DNA of 64,000 nucleotides from IMG/VR virus record IMGVR_UViG_2933320104_000001, positions 2,782-66,781 of that record, one strand, 5' to 3'. A program made the translations under genes and the position numbers. Below the pieces are notes generated by a model. It did no database searches, had not been told where the DNA came from, and worked only from the letters and a program-made list of their open reading frames with translations. Each line of letters opens with the position of its first letter. Within the stretch, counting starts at the first letter, position 1. Origin of the DNA: a virus (lineage: Duplodnaviria; Caudoviricetes). This document shows, in pieces, positions 44,879 to 52,068 of this stretch.

Positions 44879-45631
44879 ATGGCACCCACCCCGATGGACG
44901 CGACGTCCACCATGTACAACCCGTGGTTCGACCTGCAGCGGCACGACGAGGACGCGACGTCCGAGCAGAGCAGCGACACCGACGCCACGGAAACCGACGA
45001 CGCCGACACCGCCGATGAGGCCGATACCGAAGTGGACGCGAAGTCCGACGACGGCCTCGGCGAAGCGGGCAAGAAGGCGCTCGCCGAAACCCGGGCCGAA
45101 CGCAACCGGGCCAAGAAGGAAGCATCCGACCTGAAGAAGGCCCTGGCTGACCAGCGAAAGCAGGCAGCTGAGCAGGCGAAAAGGCTGGCCGAGTTCGAGG
45201 ACAAGGACAAGTCCGAGACCGAGAAGCTCACCCAGCGCGCCGATCAGGCCGACAAGCGCGCCGAAGCGGCAGAGGCCCGCGTCCAGGCCGCTCTTGCTCG
45301 AGCAGTGCAGGCCGAAGTTAAGGCGATGGCCGCCGGCCAGTTCGCCGACCCCGAGGACGCACACGCCTTCCTCAAGCTCGCCGACTACGCGGGCGAGGAC
45401 GGCGAGGTTGACGTCGAGTCGATCAAAGCCGACCTGGAGGCGCTGCTCGAGCGCAAGCCGCACCTGCGCAAGTCGGCGCCGGTGACGGAGGAGCAGGCCA
45501 AGAAGCCCAAACCCAAGCCTGACCCATCGCAGGGATCCCGCAAGGAGCCCGGGCCGCTCGACTTCCGCACCGCCGACAAGGCCACCCTGGACGCCGAGCT
45601 GCAGAAGCTGGGCGTACGGCCCCGCTGGTGA
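44879..45631 (+). CDS. Capsid scaffolding protein
   Basis: Acidic N-terminus; LGEAGKKAL; coiled coil; LLERKPHL; PDPSQG. Confidence 0.88.
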   Translation: MAPTPMDATSTMYNPWFDLQRHDEDATSEQSSDTDATETDDADTADEADTEVDAKSDDGLGEAGKKALAETRAERNRAKKEASDLKKALADQRKQAAEQAKRLAEFEDKDKSETEKLTQRADQADKRAEAAEARVQAALARAVQAEVKAMAAGQFADPEDAHAFLKLADYAGEDGEVDVESIKADLEALLERKPHLRKSAPVTEEQAKKPKPKPDPSQGSRKEPGPLDFRTADKATLDAELQKLGVRPRW

Positions 45632-45816
45632 TCCGCATCCGCGCCCGGCTGGGCGACGGACATACCTCCATCGAGGTCGACGGACACGAGGGCCACGTCT
45701 TGGACGGCCGCGTGTGCGCTGCCGTGTCGGCTATCGCCCAAACCGCTCTGCTCGGCCTCGAACAGGTGGCCGCGCAGCATCCGGACCTCGTGTCCATCGA
45801 AATCACACAGGAGTAA
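45628..45816 (+). CDS. prp: Mini Prp-like cysteine protease (DUF464 family)
   Basis: IEVDGH......VCAAVSAI carrying the His/Cys pair; QTALLGLEQVAAQHPDLVSI tail. Confidence 0.8.
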   Translation: MIRIRARLGDGHTSIEVDGHEGHVLDGRVCAAVSAIAQTALLGLEQVAAQHPDLVSIEITQE

Positions 45817-45819
45817 TCC

Positions 45820-47148
45820 ATGACCACGCAGACCGCCCGCCCGCGGGCCTGGTTCGACCTCGGCCGCCATGACGTGCGGTCACACGTGCCCGCCGGAATC
45901 ATGGCGATGCTGCAGAACGGCCTGCTCGACAGGGTGTTCCGCGAGGCGCTGATCCCCGAGTTCCTGTTCCCGATGATCGCTGACGTCGAGCCGTGGATGG
46001 CCAACGTCGGCGACACCAAGACCTTCACCCGCAAGGGCCTGCTCGCTCCCGCGACCACTGCGATCACCGGCTCGGACGTGTCCGCCGCGACGTACGGCAT
46101 CGAGCAGTGGTCCGTCACCATGGACCAGTTCGGCAACTCCGTCGACACGAACATGCTGTACTCGGCGATGGCGCTGGCCAGCAAGTACGTGGCCGACGTG
46201 CAGACGCTCGGCGTCAATGCTGGCCAGTCGATCAACCAGGTCTCCCGCAACAAGCTGTACAAGGCGTACGCGGGTGGCCGCACCTGGGCCACGGCTGCGG
46301 CAGGGTCGGACACGAGCATCGTGGTGCAGTCCACGGACGGCTTCGAGACGGTGCTGGTCAACGGCGTCCCCACCCCCGTTTCTGGCGCCAACCCGCTGAC
46401 CGTGACGATTGGCGCGGCCGGTTCCGGCACCGGCACCACCAACACGGTGACCGGCGTCAACACCTCCACCAAGACCCTGACGCTCGGCACCGCCCGAGCC
46501 GATGTCGTGGGCGACTGGGTGGTCGCGGCGAACGCGCCGTTCAGCGTCCGGCCGAACGCCAAGATGTCGGCGTTCGACCTGGCCGCCTCCAACGACGGCG
46601 CCACGTTCAAGCTCTTCCGCGCCGCGGTCGCAAGGTTGCGCAAGATGAACGTGCCGACCCTGAGCGGCTACTACGTCGCCCACATCGACCCGGACACCGA
46701 GGCGCAGCTGTTCGACGACAGCGACTTCAAGCAGGCGCTGCAGGGCCGAGTCGACTCGCCGATCTTCCGCGACCTGTCGATCGGACGGTTCGGCGGCATC
46801 GACTGGGTCCGCAACAACGAGACGCCGACCCTGCTGGGCGGCTCTGCGGGCACGCTGAACGTGCACCGGCCCATCGTGATCGGCGGCAACGCCCTGGTGG
46901 CGGCCCCGTTCGAGAACATGGGTTCCCTCATCGCAGGGACCGGCGTCGAGGACGTGCCCGAGATCTCCATGATCAACGCTGCGGCGGGTGTAGACGTCGC
47001 CCTGATCGTCCGGCCGCCGCAGGACCGCCTCCAGCAGGTTCTGGCCACCTCGTGGAGCTGGGTCGGCGACTACGGCGTCCCGTCCGACAGCCTCACCGGA
47101 GACGCCGCCCTGTTCAAGCGCGGCGTCATCGTCGAGCACGTCGCCTGA
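45820..47148 (+). CDS. Major capsid protein with inserted beta domain
   Basis: AGGAG RBS; 442 aa; GDT.TFTRKG; YYVAHIDP; IVRPPQDRLQQ; position. Confidence 0.88.
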   Translation: MTTQTARPRAWFDLGRHDVRSHVPAGIMAMLQNGLLDRVFREALIPEFLFPMIADVEPWMANVGDTKTFTRKGLLAPATTAITGSDVSAATYGIEQWSVTMDQFGNSVDTNMLYSAMALASKYVADVQTLGVNAGQSINQVSRNKLYKAYAGGRTWATAAAGSDTSIVVQSTDGFETVLVNGVPTPVSGANPLTVTIGAAGSGTGTTNTVTGVNTSTKTLTLGTARADVVGDWVVAANAPFSVRPNAKMSAFDLAASNDGATFKLFRAAVARLRKMNVPTLSGYYVAHIDPDTEAQLFDDSDFKQALQGRVDSPIFRDLSIGRFGGIDWVRNNETPTLLGGSAGTLNVHRPIVIGGNALVAAPFENMGSLIAGTGVEDVPEISMINAAAGVDVALIVRPPQDRLQQVLATSWSWVGDYGVPSDSLTGDAALFKRGVIVEHVA

Positions 47149-47157
47149 TAGGCCGTG

Positions 47158-47184
47158 AGGACGGGCCCGCGATGGGCCCGTCCT
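47158..47184 (+). terminator. Hairpin after capsid gene
   Basis: AGGACGGGCCC-GCGAT-GGGCCCGTCCT. Confidence 0.6.
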
Positions 47185-47203
47185 GTCCCGGAGGGAAATC
47201 ACA

Positions 47204-47554
47204 ATGACGGTCGTCGCTACGGCAGACTTCACGACCTATCTGGGCATGGTGTGCTTCAGCTTCAAGCAGGGACAGGAGATCGACGGGGCGCTCGCCGATC
47301 AGCTCGTGGCGCAGGACGCCCCGGTGCGCCCTCTCACCGCCGCGTCCGACCCGGGCACTGGCAGCGAGCCGGAACAGACCGACCCGGAAGGCGAGCAGGG
47401 CGAGGTCCTGAATATCGAGGGGACCGCCAAACAGGTCCTGGCCTGGGTCGGCGACGACCCCGAACGGGCACGGCAGGCCGCCGAAGCTGAGGCTGCACGA
47501 GGCAAGCCCCGCAGCACGCTCCTGGCCCGCCTGGACGAGATCATCAACACGTGA
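47204..47554 (+). CDS. Head-associated protein
   Basis: VLAWVGDD..RA..A..AE....KPR.TL motif. Confidence 0.75.
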   Translation: MTVVATADFTTYLGMVCFSFKQGQEIDGALADQLVAQDAPVRPLTAASDPGTGSEPEQTDPEGEQGEVLNIEGTAKQVLAWVGDDPERARQAAEAEAARGKPRSTLLARLDEIINT

Positions 47555-47566
47555 GCGGAGGCAATC

Positions 47567-48193
47567 ATGTCCCTGCCTCCGCTCGCCACAACCGCTGACC
47601 TCGAGGCATACCTCGGCCGGACGCTCCCTGGAGCCCAAGCTGAGGTGGCCATCCGGCGGGCATCGGCCCGGGTGCGCGCCTACACCCGGCAAACCCTGTC
47701 GTTCGTCGCTGACGACACGATCGACATGCCTGGCGGGGACCGCGTCCTCAACGTGCCGCAGCGGCCACTGGTCGTCGACCAGACGCACCCGCTGACCGTG
47801 GTCGAACTGGGCGACTTCGGCGCCCCAGACCTGCCCATGGTCGAAGGCTCCGACTACCTCCGGATCGGCAACCAGCTCACCCGCGGCCACCCCTTCTACG
47901 TGCGGACCCGCGTCACCGGCTGGCCATGGAGCCGCGTCCTGGGCGTGTGGGCGCCCCGCGTCCGCCTCACCTACAGCCACGGCTACCAGGTGATCCCGGA
48001 CGACATCGTGGATGTAGTGCTGGAACTGGCTAGCGTCAACGTCACCAACGTGGACGGGCTCCGCTCGGAGTCGATCGACGACTACTCGCGGACGTTCGCC
48101 ACCGAGACAGTCGGCGGCGCCTCCATGACCCGAGATCACAAGGACGCCTTGCGCACCTATCGGACCGGGGCGTTCTCGGTGATGCAGGCGTGA
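47567..48193 (+). CDS. Head-to-tail adaptor
   Basis: LAT.ADL; TYSHGY..IPDDI; SESIDDYS. Confidence 0.82.
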   Translation: MSLPPLATTADLEAYLGRTLPGAQAEVAIRRASARVRAYTRQTLSFVADDTIDMPGGDRVLNVPQRPLVVDQTHPLTVVELGDFGAPDLPMVEGSDYLRIGNQLTRGHPFYVRTRVTGWPWSRVLGVWAPRVRLTYSHGYQVIPDDIVDVVLELASVNVTNVDGLRSESIDDYSRTFATETVGGASMTRDHKDALRTYRTGAFSVMQA

Positions 48194-48582
48194 GCGTCGA
48201 AAGCGTCCTGGCCGCCGGCCGTACCGCGGCGCTCCAGCTCATGCGGGACACCTGCACGGTAGAGCGCAAGGACGGCGACCCGGTGCTCGACAACGACACG
48301 GGCCAGCTCGTGCAGCCGTGGACCACGATCTACACCGGCAGATGCCGTGTGAAGCCCCGCTCCTCCTCGGAGACGGAGTGGGGCGAACGTGAGGTGACGC
48401 TGGGCCAGTACGTGGCTGTGCTGCCCTGGGACGCCTCTGGGCAGGTGAAACGCGAGGATCGGTTGCGGGTGACCGTCTCGGATGATTCCTGGCTGGTGGG
48501 GCGCAACCTCGAGGTGATCGGCATCAGCCTCGCCGGTACGGCAACCGCTAGGCGGCTGCTTGTCGAGGACAAGGAGGGCTGA
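48190..48582 (+). CDS. Head-to-tail stopper (DUF6093-like)
   Basis: GR.AA..LMRDTCTV.R...Y.G.CRV..TARRL. Confidence 0.82.
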   Translation: MSVESVLAAGRTAALQLMRDTCTVERKDGDPVLDNDTGQLVQPWTTIYTGRCRVKPRSSSETEWGEREVTLGQYVAVLPWDASGQVKREDRLRVTVSDDSWLVGRNLEVIGISLAGTATARRLLVEDKEG

Positions 48583-48968
48583 TGTCGTTCGATCTCGACG
48601 CCAGCGAACTCCTCGACATCGTCCGCTACCTGGACAACGCCGAGCACGAGGCAGCACGCAAGACCTACCCCATCGTGAAGAAGCACGCGGAACAGCTGCG
48701 GGATCAGTGGCGTGAGAACGCCACGGAGACTGCGAGGCGTCACGGCAAGCACTACCCGAAGGCGATCACCACGGAGCAGATCCCGACGGCCGAGGAAGTC
48801 CTTTGGGAGGTCGGACCCGAGTCCGGGCTGCCGCAGGGCGGGATGGGGCCCGGGTTCGAATACGGCTCGCGGAATCAGCCGCCCCACTGGGACGGCGCGC
48901 GGGCCGTGATCAAGCAGGAGCCCAAGTTCATCAAGGACCTGGACGAGATGGTCAGGGAGTTGCTGTGA
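48582..48968 (+). CDS. Neck protein (HK97 gp10-like)
   Basis: EVGP....QG....FEYGS.N.PPH. Confidence 0.78.
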   Translation: MSFDLDASELLDIVRYLDNAEHEAARKTYPIVKKHAEQLRDQWRENATETARRHGKHYPKAITTEQIPTAEEVLWEVGPESGLPQGGMGPGFEYGSRNQPPHWDGARAVIKQEPKFIKDLDEMVRELL

Positions 48969-49366
48969 CGCTGCCTTCCCTGGCGCTCGTCAACGGGCTG
49001 CTGGCGATGGTCCGCTCGGGCGTCCCGATCACGCTGGCGATCTACTGGGCTCAAGCCCCGCCAGACGCGGCCATGCCGTACGTCGTGTTCTACCCGGACG
49101 CGGGGATCAAGAGCTCATTCGAGCGTGACGTGCTCAACAACGCGCCCACCGACCTGCGCTACCAGCTGACCGCGGTCGGCGGCAGCCCGGATCAGGCGGC
49201 GTGGGCGCACGACAAGGTCGCCGGCGTCCTGCTGACCGGCGTCCCCACGGTGGCGGGACGCCGGGTGTGGCCCGCCATCCAAGAGGCTTCGCAGCCGGTG
49301 CGCCGCGACGACACCTCTGTCGCCACTTGGCTGGCTACCTCGCAATGGCTCAGCCGCTCCGACTGA
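48965..49366 (+). CDS. Tail terminator
   Basis: PYVV.YP; YQLTAVG; VAGR; RDD. Confidence 0.75.
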   Translation: MTLPSLALVNGLLAMVRSGVPITLAIYWAQAPPDAAMPYVVFYPDAGIKSSFERDVLNNAPTDLRYQLTAVGGSPDQAAWAHDKVAGVLLTGVPTVAGRRVWPAIQEASQPVRRDDTSVATWLATSQWLSRSD

Positions 49367-49441
49367 CCTGACCTCTTCCATCTGATCCAGCCCGGCACTC
49401 AGCGTGTGCGGGCCCTTTGGCATGCCCCGAGGAGAGTCCGC

Positions 49442-49771
49442 ATGGCCAACATCGATACCTCGCAGGCGATCACCGCTGCCGGGCTGACCCCGTCGTACAC
49501 GAACGTCGCCGGCGGCGGAGACCGGCTCCTGTACGTCGAAGGCGGCTTCATCCACATCAAGAACGGTGCCGGCGCGTCCACGACCGGGACGATCACCCCG
49601 GTCGGCAACACCGCGTACGGCGCCGCCAAGCCCGTCAAGACGTACACGGTCGGCGCCACCAGCGACCTGATGATCCCGATGCTGCCCGACCACGTCGATC
49701 CGGCCGACGGGCGGATCCCGCTCGCGTTCTCGCCGACCACGACCGTGTCCGTCGCGATCCTCCGGAAGTAG
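49442..49771 (+). CDS. Small beta-rich virion protein
   Basis: GAGGAG RBS; within tail module. Confidence 0.7.
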   Translation: MANIDTSQAITAAGLTPSYTNVAGGGDRLLYVEGGFIHIKNGAGASTTGTITPVGNTAYGAAKPVKTYTVGATSDLMIPMLPDHVDPADGRIPLAFSPTTTVSVAILRK

Positions 49772-49776
49772 TACTG

Positions 49777-49986
49777 ATGGCCCGCCTGAAGGTGCGTGAC
49801 CGCGCCTGCCGCGAGTTCGAGATCGACGAGACGGCCCTCCCGTTCTGGAAGCACCTCGTGGAAGTCGTCGAACACATTCCAGACCCCGGCGAGGAGCCCG
49901 AGCTCGCCGAGTCCCAGCCGGAGGAGTCCGGCGACACCAAGACCAGCAAGGCCGCCGCTCGGCCTGCCCGTGAAGTGAAGGAGTAG
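49777..49986 (+). CDS. Hypothetical protein
   Basis: Lies between structural genes. Confidence 0.6.
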   Translation: MARLKVRDRACREFEIDETALPFWKHLVEVVEHIPDPGEEPELAESQPEESGDTKTSKAAARPAREVKE

Positions 49987-49993
49987 GCCGAAA

Positions 49994-50479
49994 ATGAAGC
50001 GTTTGAGCGACGGGAACACCAAGGCCACGTTCGTACCGACCGTGGCCGTACTTTCGGCGCCCACGGTTGCCGAGCTGACCGCGGTCGGCATCGTTGCGTG
50101 TGAGACGGTGATCACTGCGTCCGGCCTGAAGATCAGTATCGACCAGGGCGAGGTGAAGGGCGACACCCTCGCCTCGATCCAGACCTTCACCGGTCCCGGC
50201 CGCACCCAGGCCAAGATCGATCTCGAATTCTTCAGGGACGACACCTCGCTCTATGACCGCATGTGGTCCGTCATGACGAACGGCACCCCGGGCTACTTCG
50301 TGGTCCGGCGCGGCATCTCCTACGCCACGGCGTACGCGGCAGGACAGAAGGTGGCCATCTACACCGTGACCTGCGGCGAGCCCTCGGAGATCGCGCCTGA
50401 GGCCGAAAGCTACGACCGCGCGCAGACCAAGCTCTTCCCCAGCGGGCCGTACCTGCGAGAGGTGACGGTGGCCGCGTGA
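49994..50479 (+). CDS. Major tail (tube) protein
   Basis: DGN.K..FVP.......PTVAEL; GY.V.RRG......AAGQKV. Confidence 0.85.
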   Translation: MKRLSDGNTKATFVPTVAVLSAPTVAELTAVGIVACETVITASGLKISIDQGEVKGDTLASIQTFTGPGRTQAKIDLEFFRDDTSLYDRMWSVMTNGTPGYFVVRRGISYATAYAAGQKVAIYTVTCGEPSEIAPEAESYDRAQTKLFPSGPYLREVTVAA

Positions 50480-51018
50480 GCGCAGTCGACGACCTCAAGG
50501 CCAAGGTCAGGCGGCCAGAGAAGACCGTCAGCCTGTGCCTCGCAGGAGACCTTCAGGCCGAGTTCGAAGACCTCGAGCGGGAGTTGGCGGCGGCGCGTGA
50601 TCAGCCCTCGTCCGGCACGCTGGCAGGCGGCAGCGCTGAGGCTGCCGAGATCGCGCGCCGTATCCAGGCGCTGCAGGCCGAGATGCGCGAGCACTCCGAA
50701 GTGTTCAAGTTCCGCGGCCTCACCAGGCGCGAGCACTCAGATCTGGTGGCCAGGCATCCGCCCACCGAGGAGCAGCTCGAGCAGAGCCCGAACGTGGACG
50801 TCAACTGGGAGACCTACGGGGTGGCGCTGATCGCCGCCTGCTGCGTCTCCCACCCGATGACCGAGGCGGAGGCCGGCGAACTCGTCGACATCCTCACCAC
50901 CGCGCAGTACAGCGCCCTGTACCAGGCGGCGAGCGCCGTCAACATCCTGGGGCTTGATATCCCAAACTCGTTCACCGCCTCCGCAGTGCTCCAGGGCTCC
51001 AAGAGGAACTCGAAGTAG
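50476..51018 (+). CDS. Tail assembly chaperone (G)
   Basis: Between tube and tape measure; slippery site near 3' end. Confidence 0.82.
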   Translation: MSAVDDLKAKVRRPEKTVSLCLAGDLQAEFEDLERELAAARDQPSSGTLAGGSAEAAEIARRIQALQAEMREHSEVFKFRGLTRREHSDLVARHPPTEEQLEQSPNVDVNWETYGVALIAACCVSHPMTEAEAGELVDILTTAQYSALYQAASAVNILGLDIPNSFTASAVLQGSKRNSK

Positions 51019-51389
51019 CCGCGGCCTGGGGCGTACCCAGGTCGAAACTGCTGGGGCGGCAACAGAGAGCCGTCACCACCATTCACAGGGATGCTGACAC
51101 GGGCGAGATCACCCAGATCGAAACGGTGTGGGATGCCGAATGGCTGGAAGAGGACTACGCCTGGGCAGCGGCCTATAGGCGCTGGCTGGCAGGCAAATGC
51201 CCAGGCTGCAAGATGGACCTCGTAGAGACGACCGCCATGCAAGATGGCGGGCCAGCCCACACCTACCATGTTCCGACGCCGCGGCGATGCTACGCCTGCG
51301 ACGCCCGGATCGAGGCGCAGGAAGAAGCCGACAAGAAGGGCTCACTACGCCCTCAGGCGAAGATCTGGCAGATCGAGCAGACGTCTTAG
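50961..51389 (+). CDS. Tail assembly chaperone GT extension via -1 frameshift
   Basis: C CCA AAC at 50961-50967; the -1 frame is open to 51389. Confidence 0.78.
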   Translation, partial: PKLVHRLRSAPGLQEELEVAAAWGVPRSKLLGRQQRAVTTIHRDADTGEITQIETVWDAEWLEEDYAWAAAYRRWLAGKCPGCKMDLVETTAMQDGGPAHTYHVPTPRRCYACDARIEAQEEADKKGSLRPQAKIWQIEQTS

Positions 51390-51955
51390 CGGACAGTCCA
51401 TTCCACCTGCATGGCAGCTTGTGTATCCGAGGCGGGCAGCGTGTACGCGACAGTGGACGGTTTCTTGCCCTTGGGAACCTCGTACGGGATCCATCCGCGA
51501 ACGCATTGCCCTGCACGCACAGGTCGGTCGCGCGGGTAGAGCGGTACAGAGAAGTGGTCGGCAGACCATGAACTCGGCGGGTCCACGATCGTGCCGTTCT
51601 TGTAGGTGAGACTCCAGGGTTCCCAGCCGACCGAAATTCCCTCCTTGGCGCTGATGGTCTTGAAGCATTGGCGGATCTCGATGCCCGCGAACTCGTAGCC
51701 GGCGCGGTCGGGCGGGAAGCGCGATGGGAACGGCTGCCGGAATTTCAGGACGGTCATGGTCCCGGTGCTGTCGCTGTCATTAAACGGGTGCTGACTGCCG
51801 ATCTTTATCAGTGCGGGCTGCTTCTCCGTGGCAACGGTGGGTTCTGCGGTCACCGTGACCGTGGCGGTCTGGGCTGACTGTGGAGCGCCGGAGCCGCTAC
51901 AGCCAGCGGCCAGAGCGCCAGCGCATCCAAGCGTGGCAAGCTGAACTTTGAGCAT
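51386..51955 (-). CDS. Lipoprotein moron (DUF4352/Ig-like)
   Basis: Lipobox LAAGC; TVTVT linker; GQCVRGWIPYEVP. Confidence 0.78.
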   Translation of the reverse strand: MLKVQLATLGCAGALAAGCSGSGAPQSAQTATVTVTAEPTVATEKQPALIKIGSQHPFNDSDSTGTMTVLKFRQPFPSRFPPDRAGYEFAGIEIRQCFKTISAKEGISVGWEPWSLTYKNGTIVDPPSSWSADHFSVPLYPRDRPVRAGQCVRGWIPYEVPKGKKPSTVAYTLPASDTQAAMQVEWTVR

Positions 51956-52068
51956 GGGGGATTCCCTTCCTGTTGCCGATGGCCCCCGACCTTGCGCGAT
52001 GATGACACGTTCCAATGGCTCACCAGCCCCATTCGACCCATTTCGTGACCTGACTGGCGGGGGGCCCG

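Noticed and set aside
43787-47232. Long reverse and alternate-frame ORFs over the head genes
   Set aside because: Shadow frames caused by GC3 bias
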